Notes under the pieces: model-generated
What the model was told of the DNA's origin: nothing
The model's input: the letters and a program-made list of their open reading frames with translations, nothing else
Databases searched by the model: none
Part shown: one piece after another, positions 9,045 to 19,530 of the stretch
Layout of the letters: every line of letters begins with the position of its first letter
How positions within the stretch are numbered: the stretch's first letter is position 1
DNA from: a virus
Length of the DNA: 64,000 nucleotides
Virus record (IMG/VR): IMGVR_UViG_3300045988_115450
Location: 1 to 64,000 of that record
Direction: 5' to 3' (one strand)
Translations under genes and position numbers: made by a program

Positions 9045-9694
9045 CGGCTGGGACGTTGGCCTTTTTTTTTGCCAAAAGCATTACACCCGTACAACATCCA
9101 ATTAGATGCTCGTTGTCCGCTCTCGGTAGCCATTGTCGCAATAATTGCTGTCTTTCCCGTTCTTTTCTCGAATTGTTTTGCGGGTGATTTTTTCATGACA
9201 TCGCAGCATTTATCCGAGATTTTAAACGGCGCGGCGATTAACGGAACCCATCGTTTAGAAATTTTCCCTCGGCCATACTTATTCCCATTTAGCCGGATAG
9301 CTCTTAACTTCTCACTGTTTGTCGTCCTGCATTCTTGGATAAACGCTGCTTGTTCTTTCGAGATTAGCGGGTACCCATATTTTTCGATTACCTGGCGGAA
9401 ATTCATTTTCGGTTTTAGCCAAGTGACGCCATCAAACGTCTTGACAAATTCCCTAATCTCCGGGTACTCCAAGCCAGTGTCGATAAACACTGCCTCGATG
9501 TCAGGGTAAATCCTCCGTGCCATATCCAGCAGCACGGTGGAGTCCTTGCCGCCGGAGAACGACACGTACACCTTGCCGTCATAGTGTTGATACCATTCGA
9601 TGATGCGGGTCTGCGTGACCTGGATTTTCCGTTCCAGCGGCCACGCCCGCATTTCCTTTAGGTCTTCTGAGGTGTACTTCTTTTCTTTTTCCAT
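9041..9694 (-). CDS. PAPS-reductase-family (PP-loop ATPase) protein, N-terminal segment
   Basis: PP-loop VSFSGGKDS. The ORF ends just after an A9 run (T9 at 9062-9070 on the + strand). Confidence 0.7.
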   Translation of the reverse strand: MEKEKKYTSEDLKEMRAWPLERKIQVTQTRIIEWYQHYDGKVYVSFSGGKDSTVLLDMARRIYPDIEAVFIDTGLEYPEIREFVKTFDGVTWLKPKMNFRQVIEKYGYPLISKEQAAFIQECRTTNSEKLRAIRLNGNKYGRGKISKRWVPLIAAPFKISDKCCDVMKKSPAKQFEKRTGKTAIIATMATESGQRASNWMLYGCNAFGKKKGQRPSR

Positions 9695-10266
9695 CGGCTA
9701 CCTTCTTTGCTTGTACTTCCGAACCCGCCGGTTCTTTCTTCGACACCATACAACTCCACATTTTCGTTATCATACTCCGGGAGAGTAGAATACGGGACAA
9801 TGATTCCTTGTGCAAAGCCGTCATTAAAATGGAAAGTGACTGCTTCGTGGTGGTCGTGGTTAAACAGCTTAATCATAATATGTCCTTCGCTTCTAGTGCT
9901 AGGGTTATAGTAGTCGCTATCAATGACACCGACTGTATTGGCTAGGCTTACGCCGTACTTAAAGCCACTACCACTTCTAGGGACAAGCAGGAGCACAGCC
10001 GATTCCGGCATGACAATTCTCACACCAGTGGGGATCGTGGCCGAACCGCCTGGTTGAATCGTTACGTCAAACGGGATGAAGAAATCGTACCCGGCGGAAC
10101 CAGGCGTTGCCCTTGCTGGCAATCTGAACTCATCATAAGAACCTTGAATTCTTCGATTGAGGGCTGCGTCATCCTCACAAAGGCTCTGCATCTCTGGAAT
10201 TTTTGCACAGTCTGTTCTGAAGGTCTCGAAGGGAACCTTTTCAAAATAGCCTTTACATCCGATCAA
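9658..10266 (-). CDS. dut: dUTP diphosphatase
   Basis: GSAGYDFF, VPRSGSG and GVIDSDYY motifs. Confidence 0.85.
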   Translation of the reverse strand: MIGCKGYFEKVPFETFRTDCAKIPEMQSLCEDDAALNRRIQGSYDEFRLPARATPGSAGYDFFIPFDVTIQPGGSATIPTGVRIVMPESAVLLLVPRSGSGFKYGVSLANTVGVIDSDYYNPSTRSEGHIMIKLFNHDHHEAVTFHFNDGFAQGIIVPYSTLPEYDNENVELYGVEERTGGFGSTSKEGSRWKKKRSTPQKT

Positions 10267-10281
10267 TTCGTACCTCTCTTT

Positions 10282-10815
10282 CTAGTCTGTAATCCATTTA
10301 ACCCATACACCATCTTGCTTCTTCCAAACAATCTGGTTACTGCTGCCTCGGAACTGGAGGGTGACATCTCGCTTGTCGATCTCAAACCTCCCGTCTACTA
10401 CCACATCACAGTTTCCGATCACATCTTTTCTCAAGAGGTGGCTTTCGTTTGCCTTCCTAGTACAGATGCTTAGGTCTGGATTAAGGATTTCTTCCATAGT
10501 GTATCCCGTATAAATCCAAATTGTCTTTTCCGGGATCTCGTTTTTTAACTCTCTCACTAGCTTCAAAACGTCTCGCAAATTTTCATACGCAAGCGGCTCG
10601 CCTCCGAGGATTGAAACTCTCTTTATGTAAGGTTTGTTCGCAAGCGTTAAGAGTTTATCTTTTATCTCAGCCGTGAATTCTTTACCCCCGCTGAACGCCC
10701 ACGCCCCAGGGTTAAAGCACCCTGGGCAGTGGAACGAACATCCTTGCACAAAGACGGAGACACCTGCGCATTTGCCGTTACATACTTCAAACGGAACAAT
10801 CTGCGCATACCTCAT
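10282..10815 (-). CDS. nrdG: Anaerobic ribonucleotide reductase activating protein (radical SAM)
   Basis: Cys-rich N-terminus CNGKCAGVSVFVQGCSFHCPGCFN. Directly downstream of nrdD. Confidence 0.85.
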   Translation of the reverse strand: MRYAQIVPFEVCNGKCAGVSVFVQGCSFHCPGCFNPGAWAFSGGKEFTAEIKDKLLTLANKPYIKRVSILGGEPLAYENLRDVLKLVRELKNEIPEKTIWIYTGYTMEEILNPDLSICTRKANESHLLRKDVIGNCDVVVDGRFEIDKRDVTLQFRGSSNQIVWKKQDGVWVKWITD

Positions 10816-12144
10816 TACAGGATCACCCCGCTATGTTTTGTTCTCATAGAAACCTCTTGCTGTTTGCCTTCGTTAAATGCTGCCGTGTAATCGCCCGTGA
10901 GATATCCAGTCACTCTTCTCAACCTCTGAATCTTACTGCCGCCACACATGGGACAAACATCTGAGATCTCATCTGTATAACCGCAGTCCATACAGGTGTC
11001 GTTTGGGACATTCACCGCAAAATAAGGAATGTCCTTATCCATTGCGTAGTTGATAATGTCCTCTAGCGCTTCCAGATTGTTTTTCACTGTTGAATCCAGC
11101 TCGATATATGTAATACATCCAGCGCTTGAATACCCAGTCAACTGGGCTTCAAGGTCAATCTTTTCGTAAGGGGTCATTTCCTCCCACACGGGGATATGCA
11201 TCGAATTAGTAAAGAATTTTTTATCCGACACGTTCGGAATTTCGCCGTATTTTTCTTTGAATTTTTTCATAGCCGTGTAACAAAGATTTTCCGCAGGGGT
11301 AAAATATACACCAAAGTTCAATTTATATTTTTCTTTAAATTCTGCGCATCTCTTTTTAAATAAAGCCTCAATGCGCTTTGCCAAAGCCATACCTTGCGGC
11401 GTTGTATGATTACACCCGATAAGAATTTGCAAAGCTTCCGCTAATCCTAACTGTCCGACTGCTAAAGTCCCATGTTTTAGGGCAGATTGAATACCTTCTT
11501 CAGGGATATATCCCTCCATAATTCTGTTATCATACATAAACTTTGCAGACTCTGGCGGTTGGGAACAAACCAACTCAAATCGCTCAAGCAGCATATCTTT
11601 AGCTTCATGAATCTTCTTATCGAGTAAGTCCATAAATTCTCTCACGCAATCATATAGCATTACATCGTCGCAATTTACCTTGTCAATAATCGCTAGAGAA
11701 GTGAATCTATTATCCTCCTCGACTTTCTTCACCGCCTCCATAGCAATAGTTGGCAGAATAATCGTGACCGGGCAGATGTTACCTCTTCCGTCTTTCAGTT
11801 GGCCGAGGCCGTTGATATCAAACCCATTTGCAGTACGGCATCCCATGGTGCTAAAGTATGTGCAAGGATTACCCTTGTCATATCCATCGTTACCTGACCA
11901 GTCTACATTCGCATAGTTCGGGTACAACCTTTGCGCGGTAGACTTCAATGATAATTGAAACAAATCATAGTTTGGATCTCCAGGTTTTCTATTAACGCCT
12001 TGCTTACACTGAAAGATTCCGCAAGGAAAGATGGGGGTCTTGTGTAGTTTCCCCGTCCCGTTAATAGAGTTCTCTAGAAGTGCTTTAATTACCATCCTGC
12101 CCTCTGGGAGTGTACAAGTCCCATAATTCAATGAAGTGAAAGGT
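10815..12144 (-). CDS. nrdD: Anaerobic ribonucleoside-triphosphate reductase, exon 2
   Basis: Begins (L)PFTSLNYGTC. Has a C-terminal Zn cluster CMDCG..CPMCG and glycyl-radical region RVTGYL. Confidence 0.85.
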
Positions 12145-13310
12145 CAAATTTGTTATCATAAAAGTTTTTTATCTTTTATCTCCGGAGCTTTCGCCCTTTT
12201 ACCCACCATCATTTGGTGGCGGTTCAGCATACGTATTCATCTTCGGCTACACCCGTTAAGATGTGGACACTCTTGGCGGTATTATATTCTCTATACGAGG
12301 TTCAACCGCTATGCGTTACGATACCATAGGATCTTTATTTCCTTTGGTTATCTCGGCGCTACCATATTTGTACGCTTCTGCATACACTAAATCACAAAGA
12401 CGCTTTTTTCTTTCCATATACACATGCGCGTCATTATACATATAATCTATCAGCTTCAACATGCTGTAGTTTTCCCTATACGCTATCGACCATAGGTTAT
12501 CTTTTTCTCTGTAAAGGCTCACCCTTTTAATCCCAACGTTAACAAACAGGAATTCAACCAAGTCTTCTAGGAATTGTCTGCTCCCCTTACAAAAACGAAC
12601 CGCTTTCGTGTGGGACTTTCTTCCCTGCGCCGCTCTTGAGTAATACGACACAGAGCCGTCCCCGTCCAGCACCCCTCTGATAAAATGTCTGTAAAACTGT
12701 TTCGGGATATTCTTGGGAAACGCAACAGAGAGAGATTTGTTCGGCACGACACCATACTGCTTCAAATCAGCCACCATCTTACTTGACAGTATGCTTAATG
12801 AACAACAGCCTCGCCCATCTCCTGTCACTCTTTTATTCGAGTTAAGTTCTTCTTTTAGCTTCTCTAGTAAATAAGCGTCTGACTTTTGGAGCGTCAGTGA
12901 GACTAACGGTTGCCTGCCTTTTGCGCTATGGATGCAGCCGTCGGTTATAATCAGTCCCAAGAAGTACGCTTTGCATTCTGTGTCAATCGTTTCGAAATAG
13001 CTTTCCTTTAAATCAGGCGAAAACAAACGCACCTTTGAGTATCTCTTAACGTGATATTCATTTAACACCTTTATTACGGACGGCATACTGATGTTGAATA
13101 CTTCCACAAGACGATCAAGCGTCATTGGTTTGCTTTTATAGTAGCTGACTAGTGTTTCCTTCATTTCCTTTGTTATGTGTTTCGGCATATTTTTCACCTC
13201 TTTTCTGCGACATACAGCGATGATATAAAAATGATTTGTGATTTATTAGGCTCCGCCGATATTGCCCTTTATTGTTTCAATATATTTCTATAAAGCCAGC
13301 CACTTATCTT
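12145..13310 (-). mobile_element. Group I-type intron (1166 nt) in nrdD, carrying a LAGLIDADG endonuclease
   Basis: Exon 1 ends ...AACCAGTT (U). The intron ends ...AATTTG (G). The junction restores SGNQL|PFTS. Confidence 0.65.
12316..13197 (-). CDS. Intron-encoded double-motif LAGLIDADG homing endonuclease
   Basis: YFLGLIITDGCI and FIRGVLDGDGSV motifs. Confidence 0.85.
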   Translation of the reverse strand: MKNMPKHITKEMKETLVSYYKSKPMTLDRLVEVFNISMPSVIKVLNEYHVKRYSKVRLFSPDLKESYFETIDTECKAYFLGLIITDGCIHSAKGRQPLVSLTLQKSDAYLLEKLKEELNSNKRVTGDGRGCCSLSILSSKMVADLKQYGVVPNKSLSVAFPKNIPKQFYRHFIRGVLDGDGSVSYYSRAAQGRKSHTKAVRFCKGSRQFLEDLVEFLFVNVGIKRVSLYREKDNLWSIAYRENYSMLKLIDYMYNDAHVYMERKKRLCDLVYAEAYKYGSAEITKGNKDPMVS

Positions 13311-14266
13311 AACTGGTTTCCACTTCTTGATTGCAGCGTATTGAGGTTATGGTACATGCCTTCAGCCGCTTGCATGGTTTCACGTTCCGTCATCTTCAAA
13401 GCATACCGATATACCTTGTCGTTTTTCTTCCAGAACGGATCGTCAATACTCCTATCTTTATCCGAGTCTTTCATAGAGAAGATCTTTGAATTAGTATCAT
13501 CGCACAACCATTCAAGCCCATCCCTGTAGTGTTTCCAAAAACTCTTTCTTACATATGGAACCATTGTCCAGTCGATATGGCTCGCAGAGACACCACCATA
13601 CTGCTGGAGACTCTGCAGCTGGAAGATGACAGCAACTAACTGGAATGCCGTCCCCACAGAACCAGCAGAACGAATATCGGTTTGCCTTGTATCAAATCCA
13701 TTTTCCAGTAATTTATCAAAAGGAATTGTGAGACAGTTGTGACTACCCACCGCATAGCTTGATAGGTCATGGATATAGATCTCGTTGTTCAAATGATTAT
13801 TTCTCGCCATCTCAGACATGCAATAATCCAGCGCGTATTGCTTCATAACGACAGCATTTGCCTCGCCCATGCGTCCGCCAAATGATCTTTCGTCAACATT
13901 TGCGTTCTGGTTCTGCACGTTACTTGCCATAAGCTTCTCAGATACGGCTTTAATTAGGTCGCTACCACGCTCTCTAGCTTTCGTCCGCTCATTTCTATAC
14001 AGGATGTACGCTTTTGCCACATCTTTTCTGTCAGATTCCATAAGTTTGGCTTCAACAATATCTTGAATTTCCTCAACAGACTTGCTTTTCTTCATCTCAG
14101 CAGTCACGGCGACCGCAATTTCCTTTGCAACAGCTGCACACTGCCCATTTTCTTCCCCATCGACGCTTACAAACGCCTTCTTCACCGCATCTTCTATCTT
14201 TTTAGGGGAAAATTTCTCTAACCGACCGTCTCTTTTGATTACAAATAGCTCGATAATCAACCACAA
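13311..14266 (-). CDS. nrdD: Anaerobic ribonucleoside-triphosphate reductase, exon 1
   Basis: ATP-cone VIKRDGRLEKFSPKKIEDAV. The start is probably a TTG near 14260-14266. Confidence 0.8.
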
Positions 14267-14802
14267 CCTTCCATAATCTCACTTGCGACCCAATCCGCTT
14301 CAGATCTTAGGCTTTCAAGCGTCAAATTTTCAACCACATAGTCAAAATCATAGTCGTCAAGCTCATTTTCTGATTTATGCCTACGCCAAAACGCCGTTTC
14401 ATCACCGCAGTCCATTCTCTCAACACGCACGGTCACGGTTTTGAACGCCGCTTTCACTTTTTCTACCTCATTTTTGAACCGCGCGTCGGGAATCAGCACG
14501 ATATCCCACAGATACCCGATGGAATGTAGGGTATCTACCACAAAGTTCACAAAAAAATCCTCATTGTTTGCTCTAAATGTATCCCCTGTCACTTGAAGAA
14601 GCTCTCTGCCGCAAGAATCCTTCTTGCTATCCCAACTGAAGTAACTGCGGAGAATATATTTTAAAGAATCGGCATAATGAGTTGTGCAAACCTTCTTCCC
14701 ATACGCCTGTTCAAGCTCATCCGTCAGCATTCCAGCAAATGTATCCTTACCAGAACCAGCTTTCCCTGAAATCAGGACAACCAAGGGGCTTTGACTCTTC
14801 AT
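14257..14802 (-). CDS. Deoxynucleoside monophosphate kinase-like P-loop kinase
   Basis: Walker A ISGKAGSGKDT. Size and context match phage dNMP kinases. Confidence 0.65.
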   Translation of the reverse strand: MKSQSPLVVLISGKAGSGKDTFAGMLTDELEQAYGKKVCTTHYADSLKYILRSYFSWDSKKDSCGRELLQVTGDTFRANNEDFFVNFVVDTLHSIGYLWDIVLIPDARFKNEVEKVKAAFKTVTVRVERMDCGDETAFWRRHKSENELDDYDFDYVVENLTLESLRSEADWVASEIMEGCG

Positions 14803-15125
14803 GCCATCCCCTCCTCAGTCAAATCACTCAAAACCAGCCACACTTCGTCGTCTGGAACATCCTTGTTGCTGACCATTGGGGATCTTTCAATCCAATCATA
14901 TTGACATTTTGCGTCCCAGTTCTTCTTTTGTGGGCTATATCTGTCAACTCTGTTCTGCATATACAGCAGGAGCTTATAGCAATTACTTTCACTCATATAA
15001 ACGTCCAGCGGCGAGGCGTGAAGTCGGTTCATATCGTAAGACAAACCCTCCACACCTTTGAAAAAATCCGCCATGCACGTAATCAGTTTGAATTCTTCAA
15101 TATTGTACTTGTATTTCTTGATCAT
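14799..15125 (-). CDS. Hypothetical protein
   Basis: 108-aa ORF whose stop and start overlap the neighbouring genes. Confidence 0.45.
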   Translation of the reverse strand: MIKKYKYNIEEFKLITCMADFFKGVEGLSYDMNRLHASPLDVYMSESNCYKLLLYMQNRVDRYSPQKKNWDAKCQYDWIERSPMVSNKDVPDDEVWLVLSDLTEEGMA

Positions 15126-15331
15126 TCTTCCTCCGTGAATGGGTTAACCGCAAAATCAATACGGTTTACAATTTTATCAAAGCAGTCGTAACATAAAGTG
15201 CAAGAAAACCGCAGCCCATCATAGACACTTCCATATCCAACCTCTCCAAGGTCGATATCAAAGTAGTTGCCCAGGCTAAACTCTTTTAGTTCACGACCAC
15301 ACACATTACATTTCTTATGTACATCATTCAT
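15122..15331 (-). CDS. Small zinc-ribbon protein
   Basis: CNVCG...CTLCYDC. Confidence 0.45.
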   Translation of the reverse strand: MNDVHKKCNVCGRELKEFSLGNYFDIDLGEVGYGSVYDGLRFSCTLCYDCFDKIVNRIDFAVNPFTEEE

Positions 15332-15411
15332 CTTGTAAAAACTCCTGTTGTAATGATTGCTTTCGCCAACAAGGCGGGCTTCTGTTGTTCAAAAACTTTT
15401 CTGCAGTTGCA

Positions 15412-16596
15412 TCACTCCAATACTTTGTAGTCGTTCAAATACCAATACCCTTTCTTGTTCTTGTACAGACCTATACCGAACAGGATATTGTATTGAGCGA
15501 AAGGTTTCTTATCAAAAATAGACTTACGAACCGTGAGTCTTGCCTCGTTACCAGTACCGATAGACCGCACTGTAGTGGCAACACCCCACACTCCGTTAGC
15601 TCCATTTAGTTCAAACGTCTCGAGGACGAGCAACTTTCTTCTGTCTTGCGGATCATTGGTCGTGATGTCTATGTATCCCATTAGTCCAAGCTGATCCATG
15701 ATCCTACTCCTCACATCAGCCTCTTCAATACCAAGACTTAGAACATTGCGCTCACATTCCTCCAATAAGCCGGGCATATCTGTGATCGTATAAGACTTTA
15801 GCTCATTGCCTTTCACGCCAACGTCTGTCGCGTGTCGCTTTACTATTTCACACATCGGCCCTTCTTTAAGCTTTGTCTTCTTAATAGATTTGGCCGTGCC
15901 ATCATTAAAGAACTTGAAGATGTCGTATATTCTTTGCAACTCACGGGTGTTGCCATACTCAGAAAAGAAGCCTATCCGAATTAGATTTAGTAGCTGCCGC
16001 TCATTGCACGACGTCTCTGACCGAATTCTAAGAAGTGTCTCCATAAATGACTCCGGTTTCTTCTGGTGATACATGGCATAGAGTTGCTGCGGCACAACTT
16101 TGTTAAGATACTTTACAGAGCTGATGCCCTTAGACACAATCTTTCTATCCGGGTCAAACATGTACTGGTCAGATGATGCGCCGAACATCGGAGGCGTAAT
16201 CTTTAATCCGTATATTTGCGCGAGCTTAGTGCCGTTTCTGATATCCTCATCCTTCGCAGGATTGTTCAGATAACTTGTTACGAATTCATACGGATGGTAA
16301 CAGCGTAACCACGCACACAAAAAGCCAACCAAGCAGTAGCTGATAGAGTGATTATAGCCAAACTGATATGATGCACTGTCCTCTAGTATCTGAAGGAATT
16401 CTTTTGCTTCTTCTTCGGCCACTTCTCGTGGCTTATCTGACTTACTACAATACCCGTCAAGAATTTTTGGAAGCGCAGCGTCTAATCTATCTTTGTCCTT
16501 TCTACCAATGGCTCGGCGGATATTGTCACTTTCAGAACCAGACAACCCGCAGATTTGTTGCAGGAATTTAATCGTGTCTTCCTGATAAATTAGATC
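15412..16596 (-). CDS. dnaE: DNA polymerase III alpha-type polymerase, exon 2
   Basis: The frame is open upstream of the listed ORF: DLIYQEDTIKFLQQICGLSGSESDNIRRAIGRK, matching the DnaE YQEQ..GxSxxxAD.LRRAxGKK region. Confidence 0.75.
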   Translation of the reverse strand, partial: DLIYQEDTIKFLQQICGLSGSESDNIRRAIGRKDKDRLDAALPKILDGYCSKSDKPREVAEEEAKEFLQILEDSASYQFGYNHSISYCLVGFLCAWLRCYHPYEFVTSYLNNPAKDEDIRNGTKLAQIYGLKITPPMFGASSDQYMFDPDRKIVSKGISSVKYLNKVVPQQLYAMYHQKKPESFMETLLRIRSETSCNERQLLNLIRIGFFSEYGNTRELQRIYDIFKFFNDGTAKSIKKTKLKEGPMCEIVKRHATDVGVKGNELKSYTITDMPGLLEECERNVLSLGIEEADVRSRIMDQLGLMGYIDITTNDPQDRRKLLVLETFELNGANGVWGVATTVRSIGTGNEARLTVRKSIFDKKPFAQYNILFGIGLYKNKKGYWYLNDYKVLE

Positions 16597-17580
16597 CGTT
16601 TTATTATGTGCTATGTATCTCTTTCATCTTAATCGCATCTTCGAACGGGATGCCTCGACGGATTCTAGCTCTTAACGTCGTGTATTTTATTCCCGTTCTT
16701 CTGGCCCATTCTGCCATGGTTAATGTTTCGCCGTTGTAAGTAAACAGTTTATTGCTTGATTGGTTATTGCATTGTGATGTATGGTTAGACCACCTACAAT
16801 TCGACGGGCAGTAATCTTTTGAGTTATCTATCCTGTCAATTGTACATTCTTGTGGGGCCGCGTACTCGTTATATCCATTCTCGATTGCCCACTCTGAAAA
16901 CGCCGTAAAATCGTTTCGCCATTCTTCGCATACCGAAATGCCTTTCCCGCCATAATACTTATAGTTTTCAGAATTCTTATTGTAACAACGGTTTTTAATA
17001 CCAGCCCACACACGATACAGTCTTGTTTTCGACGCTTTATGTGTCGTCATTCTTTCTCTAACTAGCTCTCTTTGAAGACACCCGCATGAACGAGTGTCTC
17101 CGGTAATTAGGTCACGGCTTGACACTACCTTTTCTTTGCCACAGTCGCATCGGCAACGCCACGTTGCGTTTTTTGCCTTATCGCTACCAGCTCTATCGAC
17201 TATCAACAGTCTTCCAAACTGTTGCCCTTTTAATTGATACATACATTCACCTCCTTCATAATTTATTTACATAGCACTTAGTTCGCTAAACTATCCTCTA
17301 CCATTTCGATAGAGCGTAGACTATATCTTCATCCGTTTTATCCGGATGCCCACCGCTTCGAACCGCCGATCGCTTGCGGTCCTACTTGCATACGCAATAG
17401 TCGTTGAACCTTTCTCTGTTCGAGACTTGGCTGCTGATTGCCCAATCTACATTCTTTTCAAACCATCACGCTTATCTTTGTTTCAAAATTACGTTGTGGC
17501 GAATATAGCTCTAAGGGGTTTCCAGCAATTCAATGGGTTTGCAAGCGCATATTACTATGCACCGGGACTATCTCTAATCC
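16597..17580 (-). mobile_element. Group I-type intron (984 nt) in dnaE, carrying an HNH endonuclease
   Basis: Exon 1 ends ...GACAATAAT (U). The intron ends ...AAAACG (G). It is homologous to the glyA intron over several blocks. Confidence 0.65.
16604..17242 (-). CDS. Intron-encoded HNH homing endonuclease
   Basis: FGRLLIV..WRCRCDCG, DRIDNSKDYCPSNCRW and a C-terminal HTH-like tail. Paralog of 5707-6264. Confidence 0.85.
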   Translation of the reverse strand: MYQLKGQQFGRLLIVDRAGSDKAKNATWRCRCDCGKEKVVSSRDLITGDTRSCGCLQRELVRERMTTHKASKTRLYRVWAGIKNRCYNKNSENYKYYGGKGISVCEEWRNDFTAFSEWAIENGYNEYAAPQECTIDRIDNSKDYCPSNCRWSNHTSQCNNQSSNKLFTYNGETLTMAEWARRTGIKYTTLRARIRRGIPFEDAIKMKEIHST

Positions 17581-19527
17581 ATTATTGTCCGCAAGCAACT
17601 CGTCAATCATTGGCGACGGGTTATGATGTGGAACTCTACTTATCAAATCATTTCTATACGACGCGCCAGACGGGCGAATACACGCAGTCACCAACGACAT
17701 ATCAAAGATTGACTTCGTGTTGAAGTCCTTTAGCATCTTTCCTGCAAAAGGAGATTCCATCTGAAAGATGCCGATATTGGAAACCATCATGTCTTCCCAG
17801 ACCTTTTGGTCATCCCAATCAATTTCGTGCGACTTTGGGTAGGGGATGTTCGCCAGCTTACAGGCATCACGGATGATCTGTAGTGTGTTCAGAACGAGCA
17901 TGTCATACTTAACAAGAGACACTTCATGGATTTCTTCCATGTCAATTTGTAGAACGACGCCGCTATCCTTGTGGTGAAAGACACCGTAATTGTCATCCAG
18001 CGTAACCGGGCTAATCACGATACCAGCCGGGTGTACAGATTGAGATACTCTTGTGTTCAGGAAACCATCAAAATAATAAAAGACTTCCTTATATTTTTGC
18101 TTACACGCCTCTGCGTCTTTCCCATAATCTGCTTTAATCTTTGCTACCAAACTTACTTGGTATGGATTCTCGCCTTTGTCTGCTTCTGGATGTTGCTCTG
18201 CCCATTTATGTCTAAACCCGCGCACAATCTCTTCGATAGTCGCCAGGTCTTTTAATGTGCCGCAAGATGGAACGAAAGCAGTCTTTTGTTGCCCGAACCG
18301 TTCTATAATGTAGTTGAAGATTTTGGGCCGGTCGTCTTCAATAACGTCTGTGTCGATATCCCCCACTTCAATTCGATCCTCATTGCAAAAGCGACTAAAC
18401 ACTGTGTGCCATGTTTCTGAATTAACATCTGTGATGTCTGTTATATAAGCGACTCTTGACCCAGCCACACTGCCACGACCAGGACCTGTTATAATCCCAT
18501 TTTCATGACACCATGTAAGAATCTCACTCATAGATTGCATGAACCCGCACATCCCAAGTTTTGTGAAGACTCTAACCTCTTCTTTAATTGCGTCTCGGAA
18601 CGCTTGCTCTTGCTCTCTTGGGATGATTCCGGCCTCTAACTTTGCTTCTAGCTTTTCGTTAATATTCTGGATAAATTTTTCTCTATCTTCTTCTGCAGAC
18701 CCATAAAGGATTGGGTATTTCAAAGAAGTATCTAATTCAAACTCCTCAACCTGATTTGCCATCAAGACTGTATTGTCTATCGCGGCCTGCCATGCTTCTT
18801 CTGGGATAGCGTCCTGCTTTCTAAATGCTTCTTCCAATTCCTCACGCGACTTATACGTCAGGTCAAAATCATCTTCCGTGTCATAATGCTTGCTCTTTGC
18901 ATAAGCAAGTAATGACCGGCACTCAGCGTAGTATTGATTGATACTATGTGTATCTGTCGCTGCAATCAAAGGAATACCATACCTCTGGGATAGCGCCGCC
19001 AGATGCCTGTTGTAGACAATCTGATCCTCGCAGTCATTCGGTTGAATCTCAAGATAGTCGTACTTCTTTACGAGCTTCTCGTAGTACGGATGGCTTACGT
19101 CCAGCTTGTTTAGTGGTGAAGCCAAACAAGCGGACGTTTTGATAATATTCGGAGAGATATTCAGAAACTCATCAAACGAAAGTCGCCCGACGTAGTATTT
19201 ATGTTCTTCATCCGTTGACATACTAAGCAACTTATTAAGTTCCAAAAACCCTTGTCGGTTCTTCGCTATCAGAATCGTATGATAGTTATCTCTCACTTTC
19301 TCATGTAGAGATTCCGTCAAATAAATTTCCACGCCATGTAGGTATTTAATTCCCGCTTCATCGCAGGCCATCTTTTTAGCAACCCACCCACGGGTGTTGC
19401 CATGCTCGGTAAAACAAATAGCTTTTTGTCCGAGCTGCTTTGCCTTTTCTATGTAGAGGTTAAAATCTGTCGTCGAGTCCAACAGCGAATAGTCGCTGTG
19501 AACATGATACGCAACATAATTGTCCAA
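17581..19527 (-). CDS. dnaE: DNA polymerase III alpha-type polymerase, exon 1 (PHP + palm)
   Basis: PHP start YVAYHVHSDYSLLDS and catalytic region GDIDTD. Confidence 0.8.
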
Positions 19528-19530
19528 CCA

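Noticed and set aside
12145-13310. The + strand motif GGTTCAACCGCTAT in the nrdD intron, which resembles the GGTTCAACGACTAT block of the other two introns.
   Set aside because: It lies on the opposite strand relative to the intron's transcription, so it is not evidence of homology. The nrdD intron is treated as an independent element.
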